From Pseudogymnoascus verrucosus (taxonomy: Eukaryota), in NCBI GenBank assembly GCA_001662655.1, contig KV460217.1: 34,411 nucleotides of DNA; one strand, written 5' to 3'. Every line of letters starts with the position of its first letter. Within the stretch, counting starts at the first letter, position 1. The notes beneath the pieces are model-generated. The model was not told the origin of the DNA and searched no databases. It saw nothing but the letters and a program-made list of their open reading frames with translations. The translations under genes and the position numbers were made by a program. Of the stretch, positions 1 through 9,970 are shown one piece after another.

Positions 1-2189
1 AGCTGCCGATGTATGGTGCGCCGTTGAAGGTTCATCAGAGCGATCTGCCTACTTCGGAGGTTGACCCTGATGCCTCGTGGAGGAAGCCATATCTACCACT
101 CAGCAAGTATATTGAGGGTAAGATTCGCTTCACTGACGAGCCGCCACCACGCAAGAAGAGCCGATACGAGTATGCTGAGGAGTCGGATGATGAGGACGAG
201 GTAGTCTTTGGGGAGCGCACGCAGCGAAAGCCACAGGAGCCGTTACAAGTTGATGTTGCGCTGTTTAATCCGGAGAACAAGCATATTAGGGATCGGATTC
301 ACGCCGGCCACCAGTTTAGGCCTCCGTCGGAGTTCCCAATGCCCCTACAGAGCTTCTTTGAGAATAGACATCCGTCGCAGTGGACGTGGGCTGAGGATGA
401 TGAGCTGAAGCAGCTTGTGAGGGAGTATCAATACAACTGGTCTCTCATCTCGAGTATGTTAACGTCAAAGGGCGTTTACTACACAGCCGCCGAGCGTCGC
501 ACCCCATGGGAGTGCTTCGAGCGCTGGATCCACCTCGAAGGCCTCCCCGCCGACATGCAAAAGACCCACTACTTCCGCGCCTACAACAGCCGCCTCGAAG
601 CAGCCCAGCGCTCCCTCCTCCTCCAGATCCAAGCCCAAGCCGCGCAACCCCCACCGGCCGTCGGCTCTGCCCCGCCCCGCCAGATCCGCCGCTCCACGAC
701 GAGCGTGCGCGTCGAGCGCCGCCGCAACCAGAAGCACCTCACCCTCGTGGACTCGATGCGCAAGGTGGCCAAGAAGCGCGAGACGACGGCGCAGAAGCAG
801 CAGCAGGCGCAGAGCTTGGCGAATATGCGCAAGGCGAACGATACGCCGGTGCAGCCGATTAATAAGCATACCCCGGCGCAGTTTAGTAAGATTAAGCATG
901 ATAGGGAGCAGGCGATCTTGGAGCAGAAGGCGAGGTTGGTCCAGCAGCAGGAGGCTCATAGGAGGGTATGTTGACCATTCTCTTTGTTTCTTCTATCGTT
1001 AAAAACATTGGTTGCGATGAATCTTCTTTGATCAAAAACTAACACACTACAGGCGCAAGTAATAGCACTCAGAAACCAGCAGCCAAACATGCAAATGGGC
1101 TACCCCGCCGGCCAAAACCAACAACAGCGCGGAAACCCTAACATGAACGCGCCCCCACCCCCAAACATGGGCGGCAACAACAACCCCCAAAACCGCCCCG
1201 CCAACCTCTCCGTGCCAGGCCAGCACCACCCGCAACAACAACAGCAGCAGCAACAGGGTATGCAACAACTTCCCAACGGCATGGGCGCACCCGGGATGCC
1301 AATGCCAAATCTGCACCCCGGTATGGGCGGTCCAATGCCACTCAAGGGCGTCCCGCAACAGGCACAGATGGGAATGCAAGGGATGCCCATGGGCCCCGCG
1401 CACCGCCTCCCGGCACCGAACGCGACACCCGATCTTAGTCTCGTCATGCAGGCGCAGAGGATCTCGCAGCAGCAGCGCGCGGCGGTGCAGATGCAGCAGC
1501 ATCAGGGGGGTGGGGGGGTGCAGACTATGCATTCTTCCCCGCCGAATGCGATTCGCGGTTTGCCTAATATGGGAGGGGTGCCAGGCCAGCAACAGCAGGG
1601 TTTCATGCCTACGAACGGCATGTCCCCCAACCCCATGCAGCAGCAGCAGCAACAACAGCATTTCGCCGGCTCACCACCCAACTCCGCCGCCGGCGTAGCG
1701 GGACTCCAGGGCTCACCACGCCTCAACCCCCAATACGCACAGCTGGAAGCGTCGTACCGCGCCAAGTTTCCCACCGCGACGCCGGAGCAGGTCCGCAAGA
1801 TGGTCGCGGATGCGCTGGGGAATGCGCAGAGGCAGGCGGCTATGCATGCTGCGGCCGGTGGGGGGGTGCAGGGGATGCAGGGCAGCTCGCCGGTGCAGTA
1901 TGCGCAGATGCTGAGGGCGCAGCAGGAGAGGCAGGCGGCGGCTGTGGCGGCGCAGGGGATGCAGAATCAAGGACAAGGAGGACAGCAGGGGCAAGGTCAA
2001 GGACAAGGACAAGGACAGCAGGGTCAGGGGCAGCAAGGACAGCAAGGTCAGGGCCAAGGACAGCAGCAGGGAGGAATGCAGGGACAGCAGCAGGGGATGG
2101 GACAGCAGCAGCAGGGTGGGGGAGGGCTGCAGCCTCAGCAGATGCAGCAGCAGCGGAGTGGGAGCGCGACGTCTGCGGGGACGAAGTAG
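1..2189 (+). CDS. EAF1: Chromatin modification-related protein EAF1/VID21 (NuA4 scaffold), 5'-truncated by the window; exons <1..965 and 1053..2189
   Basis: SANT/Myb-like segment WTWAEDDELKQLVREYQYNWSLISS..ERRTPWECFERW. Intron 966..1052 (GTATGT..ACTAAC..TACAG, phase 0) joins ORF 9..974 in frame to the Q/G/M-rich ORF ending at TAG 2189. Confidence 0.9.
1965..2153 (+). repeat. Low-complexity GQ/polyQ coding repeat in the EAF1 C-terminus
   Basis: Tandem caagga, cagggt and cagcag units encoding GQGQGQQGQ. Confidence 0.8.
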
Positions 2190-3326
2190 GGGGGGGTAGG
2201 GGGTGGAGTTGAGAGGGGTGTGATGTGATGGAGTGTTGTGGTTGCGGGGTGTTTGTGTATACATAAGCGTACGTTTGGTGCGTTGATATTTGCAGGGAAG
2301 GGAGGGAAAGGGAAGTTACTGGCTTATTGGCTGGATGGAATGGGATGAATGGATGGATTGCTAGAGGGATGGACGGATGGGAATGCAATGGAATGGCTTA
2401 CTGACTGCTATGCTATTACTGCTACGGTTTGGGAGAGCGAGACGAACGAACGAACGAACTAGGTAGTTTGCTCTCTGCCTGCTGCTCCCCTCACACGACG
2501 TCGTCGTTGTGTGTCTGCCCGTTTTAAGACACATGATGGGGACGAGTATATATTTTTTGTAATAAATTACCTTTTCAACTCACTCATTGTCTCTTTCTGT
2601 GAACCACTCTTGGTGTGTTTGCAATCAATCATCTATCATATCGTCGTCCCCCGTCCGGTTGCAGTCTCTCCTTACCAGCCATTCTTTTGGTTACAGGAAT
2701 GAGTATCACGTGATAATAATACTGGATGGAGTTAGCGTGATCAGATATCGGATTTTGAGATTTCACGTGATAACCCACCCCACCACCAGCAGGATCCACG
2801 GCGGGGTAGGAGTGAGGGATCGAATCAAGGGTCTGCGTGAACAAAGGCTGCCTTGGTATTGTTCCTTTCATCACGTCTCTTCTTCATCGCAAAATAGAGT
2901 ATTCCCTGTTTTCGTTTTTTTTTTGCTGCATATAGAGTGCAGAAGAGCGAGACGGTAAAGGAAAAAGCAACGGAAAAGGAAAGGCAAGAGCAAGGCAGCG
3001 AGGCTTGAAGGGTTTATTTGTTTATTCCACCACGACGACGCATTTGCGTTTGGTAGGGAGGTGTCGCCGGTTCATCAAGACTTGGACGGGAGAGAAGAGG
3101 TGAGAGGCTGTTTGCTTGTGTTTTCTTGGAGTCAGTCAGTGGTGGTGGTGTCGACGAGGCTCGAGCTGAGGGCGTGATTCAGCGAAGCTATGGCGGGGCG
3201 GAGACTGCTTCTAGGGGGTTTGATATTAGGGGTCCTGGCTGTGGTGGTGCAGTGGAGGGGGGGATTGTGGTGCGCGCCACGATTTCTTTTTGTTTTGTGG
3301 GTTTCCTTATGTTTGGAGGGGAAGGG

Positions 3327-3476
3327 GAGGCTGGCAAGGGGGTGAAGTTTCACTCTGCTGATGATGGGGGATTCCTTGGTGGGGGATGAATAAGAGGCTG
3401 GCAAGGAGTGAAGTTTCACTGCTGCTGCTGCTGCTGCTGCTGCTGCTTCTTGACTCCTTGATGGGGATGAATAAGA
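3327..3476. repeat. Imperfect tandem duplication (about 67 and 83 bp) with a (GCT)9 microsatellite in copy 2
   Basis: Both copies start gaggctggcaagg..gtgaagtttcact (3327, 3394) and end ggggatgaataa; (GCT)9 at 3421..3447. Confidence 0.8.
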
Positions 3477-3612
3477 ATCTACTGGCGGCCGGATGACTGC
3501 ACACCCACCTGCAGAATCATCACAACTTATTCATCAAGATACTAACCAACATCTCAGGATAACCACCACCACCACCAGAATAATAACCAGGCTCCCAGCC
3601 TTCCCACCCACC

Positions 3613-6600
3613 ATGTCCACCACCACCGCCCCCAAGTCTCACTTCGAGACCCTCCTCCAATTCGACGCCGACTACGCCCCCACCCGCCTCACGCAGTACA
3701 AGTCCACGCGCACCGGCATGCAAGTCGTAGTCGTGGACCGCAAAGGCCCAAAAGTCCAAGGTTACTTCACCCTCGCCACCGAGATCTTCGACGACTCCGG
3801 CGCGCCGCACACGCTTGAGCATCTCGTCTTCATGGGGTCGAAGAGCTATAAGTATAAGGGCGTGCTGGATTTACTTGCTAATCGCGCGTATTCTAATACG
3901 AATGCTTGGACGGCGACGGATCATACGGCTTATACGCTTGATACGGCGGGGTGGGAGGGGTTTGCGCAGATCTTGCCGGTGTACTTGGAGCATGTTATTG
4001 TGCCTACGTTGACGGATGAGGGGTGTTACACGGAAGTTCACCATGTTGACGGCGATGGGAATGATGCGGGAGTTGTGTACTCCGAGATGCAAGGTGTGCA
4101 AAACAACGGCCCTGAACTTATGGATCTCGCCGCGCGCCGCGCGCTGTACCCGGAGGGCGTGGGTTTCCGCTACGAGACGGGCGGGATGATGGAGCAGCTG
4201 CGTGTGCTGACTGCGGAGCGGATCCGGGAGTTTCATCGGGAGATGTACCAGCCTAAGAATTTGTGTCTGGTTATCGTGGGGGAGGTGGAGCATGAGAATA
4301 TGTTGGAGATTCTGGATGCGTTTGAGGAGAGCATCCTGGGGGATATTCCCAAGCCCGACGCCCCCTTCCGCAGGCCCTGGATGGAGTCCCCGCAGACGCC
4401 TGAGCTGAAGGAGACGGTGCTGCAGACGGTGGAGTTTCCGGAGGAGGATGAGTCGGCGGGTGATATTCTTGTTGGTTTCCTCGGTCCGGATTGCAATGAT
4501 GTCATCCAGACCGGCGCGCTGAACGTGCTCCTCACCTACCTCTCCGGCTCGTCCATCTCGATCCTAGAGAACACGATGGTTGAGCGCGAGGAGCTCGCCA
4601 GCTCCATCAGCACATGGTGGGACGCGCGACCAAACTCCGTCATCTGGCTGCAGCCTACGAGCGTGGCGACCGAGAAGCTCGCAGCGGTCGAGAAGAGGCT
4701 GTTCGAGGTGCTGAGGGAGGTCGCGGACAAGCCGCTCGACATGAAGTACATGGTCGCCTGCGTGCGTCGCGAGCGTCGCCAGGTCATGTTCCAGGCGGAG
4801 AGCAACGCGGAGTTCTTCTCCACGAACGTGATTAACGATTTCCTGTTCGGGAAGCGCGATGGCTCTACGCTGAGGGACCTGGCGTCGATCAGGGAGTATG
4901 ATGTCCTGGAGAAGTGGACGGATGACGAGTGGCGCGCGTTCTTGAGACGGTGGATCTCGGATGCGAAGCATGTCTCGATCTTGGGGAAGCCGTCGAAGGC
5001 TATGTCGGATAAGCTTAAGGCAGAGGAGATTACGAGGGTGGCGGCGCAGAAGGATGTGCTTGGGGTGGATGGGCTGAAGGCGCTGGCGAAGAAATTGGAG
5101 GATGCGAAGGCGAAGAATGATGCGCCTATTCCGCAGGCGATTCTGGAGCAGTGGCCGGTGCCGGGGGTGAGCTCGATTCACTTTATTGAGACGGAGACGG
5201 CGAGGGCGGGGCCGGCGAGGAGCTTGGGGGTTAAGGATGTTGGTGCGCAGAAGGTCATTGATAAGGCGAAGGACGCTTCGCTGTTTTTGCAGTTCGAGCA
5301 TGTTCCGTCGAACTTTGTCTTGGTTAGTGTGCTACTTGGGACGACGGGGATTCCGGTTGAGCTGCGTCCTCTGCTGCCACTCTTCATTGATAACTTCTTC
5401 AACACCCCCGTCATGCAGAATGGGGAGAAGATTCCTTTCGAGGCTGTCGTGACCGATCTCGAGAAAGACACGATCAGCTACGCCATCGGCGGTGGTTCGC
5501 GCCTCGGGCACAGCGAAGGCGTCGGAATCGTCTTCGAAGTCGAGAAGGACAAGTACGAGAAGACAATCCACTGGATCCGCACCATGATGTTTGACGCCGT
5601 CTTCGACGTCACGCGCCTCCGCGCCGCTCTAACCAAGATCCTCGCTGATATCCCCGAGGCCAAGCGCAGCGGAAACAGCATGGCATACGCTGTTGACGCT
5701 ATGATCCACCTCGATTCCAAATCGACCGTCAAGGCGCGAAATACCCTCGTCAAAGCTGTCTACCTGAAGCGCATCCGAAAGCTTCTCACTACCGACCCTG
5801 ATGCTGTGATCGCAAAGCTCGAAACACTCCGCAAGAGCCTCTTTACCTTCTCTAACGTCCGCGTCCTCGTCGTTACGGACGTTAACAAACTCCCCAACCC
5901 CACCGCGCCCTGGTCTCACCTCAGCGACGCCCTCGGCGCCCCAACCGACCTCCTCCCAATCGAGATGCAGCACCAGCGCCTCAGCCCTGCCGGCCTCTCC
6001 CCAGGCTCCCTAGGCACAGTCGTCGTCCCCATGCCCACCATCGACTCCTCCTTCGCCATCAGCTCCGCCCCCGGCCCAACCTCCTACACCGACCCGCGTA
6101 TCCCCGCCCTCCTCGTCGCAGTCGCCTACCTCGACGCCGTAGAAGGCCCTCTCTGGCGCGCAGTCCGCGGCACCGGTCTCGCGTACGGCACGAGCTTCAG
6201 CCGCGACGTCGACGGGGGGTTCATGCAATTCCGCGTCTACCGATCGCCTGATGCGCATAAAGCGTTCGCGCGCAGTCGCGAGGTCGTTGCGGCGTTTGCG
6301 AGCGGGAAGGAGCCGTTGGAGAGGAGCTTGTTGGAGGGGGCGGTGAGTGCGATTGTGGTTAGTCTGGCGGATGAGCAGGCGACGATGGGGATGGCGGCGC
6401 AGATGAACTTTGTGAATGGGGTGGTGAGGGGGGTAGCGGAGGGGTATAATGAGGAGTTGTTGAGGAAGGTGAGGGAGGTGGGGGAGGCGGAGGTGAGGAA
6501 GGCGATGGGGGAGGTGCTGGTTAGGTGCTTTGAGCCGGGGAGGGCGAATGTGGTGGTTACTTGTGCGCCGGTTGTGGCGGAGGTGAGTTATTACTTTAAC

Positions 6601-6812
6601 TCCTTTTTTGGGGGGGATAGGTGGGCTAACGTGTGTGTGTACAGGCTATTGTTAAGGGGTTTGAGGCCGATGGGTTTAAGACCGAGGTTCGTGCTCTGGG
6701 GGATTTCAAGGACGACTATGGACTTGTGGGGGATGAGGACGAGAGGGAGGAGGATGAAGATGAAGATGGGGAGAGCGGAAGTGAGAGTGGTAGCGGTGAG
6801 GAGAGCGAGTAA
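3613..6812 (+). CDS. M16-family (insulinase/pitrilysin-like) zinc metallopeptidase; exons 3613..6582 and 6645..6812
   Basis: Inverted zinc motif HTLEH in GAPHTLEHLVFMGS, plus TNAWT, GVVYSEMQG and VRGTGLAYG. Intron 6583..6644 (GTGAGT..GCTAAC..ACAG, phase 0) gives an acidic tail ending TAA 6812. Start ATG 3613 is preferred over 3493. Confidence 0.9.
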
Positions 6813-7021
6813 ATCGGGGGTATGGCCTATGTAGCATGTGTACATGAAGGTATTACACAAGGGTAGGCTCTAGAAAATGATAGGCGTTCAGTTCATGAAA
6901 AGGGGGTGCACGTGACGTTTGAGAGTGAGAGGTGATGCTCGATCGAAGGTGGGTATTATATTGCTAAGTAGGCTTGTTACAACGGGAATGGCGCCGTGAT
7001 ATCTTCTTCTCCTTGTCCGAA

Positions 7022-7608
7022 CTATGCGCGTGGCACACGGAGATTGGCCTTTACGCGCTCGAGGAGCTCGGCGCGGGTGGCGGTTATGGAGGGCTGGAGG
7101 TTTCGCTGGGGGGATATAAGTAATGGTTCAATGGAGACGTGGGGAGCGAGAAAGCATACATTTTTCAGCCACTGCCGGATTTCTTGTTCTGTCCAGTCAT
7201 CGGGGTCTGCGGTAGTCAGTACTGCTGTAGGTGGCGGAATATTGGAAAATGAAGATGGATGGACGAGGGAGAGTCGGATGAAGAGTTCTGACAGAGACGG
7301 GGGAGTGTCTGGCGCGGGGCAAGGGCAGGGCAAGGAAGACCAACGAGCTATGAGGCGAGCATACTTCCGGTGGGATCAGGCTGGGCTGGGAACATGTCAC
7401 TGCCCCATATGGACCACACGGCTGCTGCTGTGACGATTCCGGCAAAGGCTGCGAGGTGGTGTTAGTGACGGGATGGATGCGAGGTGGTGTCAGGTGGGAT
7501 GGTTACCGGCGAAGGTGTTCTGGGGTTGGTGTTAGTAATGGTGCTTATTTAAGGATGCGGGGGGCTTACTCTGGAGTTTAGAGCTTTGTCTATGGGTGTT
7601 CGTGCCAT
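7022..7608 (-). CDS. Small fungal membrane protein (88 aa) with an Ish1-like W..EL..WL domain; exons 7608-7570, 7519-7507, 7448-7365, 7206-7160, 7105-7022
   Basis: Four GT-AG introns, three with a clear ACTRAC branch site. The spliced CDS is 267 nt and open: MARTPIDKALNSRNTFAAFAGIVTAAAVWSIWGSDMFPAQPDPTGNPDDWTEQEIRQWLKNRNLQPSITATRAELLERVKANLRVPRA. Confidence 0.85.
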
Positions 7609-8079
7609 GGTGAGGAGATGGGGATGGTGGCGAGGTTTGGTGTGTTGTGGTAGACGGGGGTTGATGGAATAGGAGTATTATCTTGAGTTCAACGAATAAA
7701 TTCAAGAATACGATGAAGCTGTGATTGCTACAATTGTAGGAAATGCGCAAAGCCTTATATTAATGCCTTTGAAAAAAGGAATGACTCGTCTTGAAAAGAA
7801 CAGACTGGCTTCCTCCTCCCGCCGCGTCACCCGTCGCATAAACTCAAAGTTCCCCGCTACGCCACACCATCTCCAAAACCCACTAGCCACACCAACGCAC
7901 TAGCCACATATAGTACGTACCCTTACCCCAGCCACACCACCTACCCACAGATCGTCCTTGCCCTTCGCTTAGGGAATTTCTCGCGCACACGGGAATTATT
8001 CACGGGCGAGCAGAGCAACGACGTTAATTCCTCACGAAATCGAATCCCTCTCCCCTTTCGACAAAAACCAACCGCCAAA

Positions 8080-8809
8080 ATGCCTCGCGAGATTTCCGAC
8101 ATCAAGAACGTGAGTTGCGACTTTATTTTCTGCTGTTAGAGGCTGGGGGAAGTCGGAGAGATGGAGGGAGAGAGAAAGTACAGCCAGAGGATGGGACTGG
8201 GCGCATGAGGGGACCTTCGATTGGAGATTGGGAATTGGACTCGAAGGGAAAGATACTGCGCAGGCGCAAGGGATGGCAATTCGACTGCGACCCTTGGGCC
8301 CGTATCGTCCGTCTTGACGAGTGTCACGAATGCGCTATCGATTGGAAGGGTCACGACAAACCACACCACTTAGACCCCGACAGTCCCTGATTCTTTCTCC
8401 ACCGGTCCTCTACCGCTCTCTCCTGGCTTCTGGCTGTGCTACCTCTCTCGCCGTCTCTCGGGCTTCTCACAGCGGTGGAAACAAGACACATCTTGTGAAT
8501 AGTTATACTGACATACCCCCCAGTTCATCGAGATCTGCCGCCGCAAGGACGCCAGCTCGGCTCGCATCAAGCGCAGCAAGAAGACCTCCGCCATCAAGTT
8601 CAAGGTCCGCTGCCAGCGCCACCTCTACACCCTTGTCCTCAAGGACTCCGAGAAGGCCGACAAGCTCAAGCAATCCCTCCCCCCGAGTACGTCCACCCAC
8701 CAGCATCTTCTTACCAGCACACAGGCGCACGCACAGAGACTAACACAACGCAGGCTTGACCATCGCCGATACCCCCAAGAAGAACCAGAAGGGCAAGCGT
8801 GTCGCTTAA
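8080..8809 (+). CDS. RPL38: 60S ribosomal protein L38 (eL38), 82 aa; exons 8080..8109, 8524..8686, 8754..8809
   Basis: Spliced product [82 protein letters not shown]; introns 8110..8523 and 8687..8753 are canonical. Confidence 0.97.
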
Positions 8810-9531
8810 GCGGATTTTTAGCATGATGGGGTGCTGAGGAAGGTGGCTATGCATCGCGCAGGGTTCGGAGGGCGTACGGCTGGCTGGTGGCGCGAGGGGA
8901 ATTATGTGGCGTTGGCCTGATCGCGGGCTTGTAGATGGCTAGGCTAGCTGAGAATACCATGATGGATGCACCACCCATGCGGATGTCCTTTGGGCTTTGT
9001 GATACTGATATTTATCGCCTTTTTCTCTTTATTTTCTACGATATGGCGAGCATTCTCATCCCAGGCGACGCAAGGGCATGTTCAACCTGGGTCCACCTAT
9101 CAGCATTCTCCAGTGAGAATAGTCTGACGGTATCTTGGCAACAGATTGAAGGAGCCTTGGCTCTATTGCATGACCTGATCAGAGTTGAACAGGCCTTGCA
9201 ACAGCTCCTTTCATTGCCTATCCCCGCGAAGAGGTCATGTGGCATGGAGACATCCTCTTTTATACCAGCATGGGGATCTCCGAGTGTTGCGATGATATAT
9301 CATAGCAGCCATCTCTCACTCATATTTTGATCCACAGCATTGGTCAATCAAACCATTGTTGCCATATCCCACATTGCCAACAGCAGCCGAAACTGGCACG
9401 AGCATGATGTCAGAGTGCTCTTTGTCAGGGTCTCTTTCAGGGGCCTTATATCCATGGCTAACAATTTAGTAAGGGACAAGCGCAAGCGGCGACCCCTTTA
9501 TATATCAACATTAGCCATCACCATCCTCAGC

Positions 9532-9648
9532 GGCACGGTGGCGCAGTGGGAGTACCACTGTCAGGACAATCCGGCCAGGGCAAGGAAATGAATTACGGAA
9601 AGGGTCATCAATTCGACTCCCAGCAAGCAAACGACAAGAAAAAAATAA
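9532..9648 (+). pseudogene. tRNA-like relic (tRNA pseudogene or SINE head)
   Basis: GGCACGG start, A-box TGGCGCAGTGG at 9539..9549, B-box-like ATTCGACTCC at 9611..9620 and an A-rich tail. Acceptor and T stems do not pair. Confidence 0.35.
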
Positions 9649-9970
9649 GCGCTTGACACAAACGCCAAACGTCAAAAAGTAAAATCAAGTGATTTTCTCC
9701 TCATGGTCTGATACAAATATCAGACTGTGAGTCTTTTGCCATTTTTTTGCTTTGGGATGTGAAAGCATGCTAGGCTTTTCCTTCTTTCTTCAGCTTTCAT
9801 TGTCTTAGAAGAGTTGCTTCACGGTGATGTCTTTGGATACATTTTATCAGACAACTACGGTTCGGTGGACAGATAGTCTACAATAGTCAAACATGGTGGT
9901 ATTCTGCTAAACAATTCACAAACAATCTGCTATAAACATCCCAATCAAATCCACCTGACAGAACCAGTCA

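Noticed and set aside
2511..3504. Short ORFs on both strands; also considered telomerase RNA, U3 and U14
   Set aside because: No recognisable domains or coding bias, no CCCTAA-repeat template, and no U3 or U14 signature that I could recognise.
3493..3612. N-terminal extension of the M16 ORF from ATG 3493
   Set aside because: Low-complexity, UTR-like sequence; ATG 3613 has a good CACCATG context just before the conserved domain.
6583..6834. ORF-track C-terminus VSYYFNSFF...GVWPM
   Set aside because: Read-through of intron 6583..6644; the spliced frame ends at 6812.
8935..9330. 131-aa ORF downstream of RPL38
   Set aside because: It starts in the probable RPL38 3' UTR and has no recognisable motif; it could be a relic but I cannot support that.
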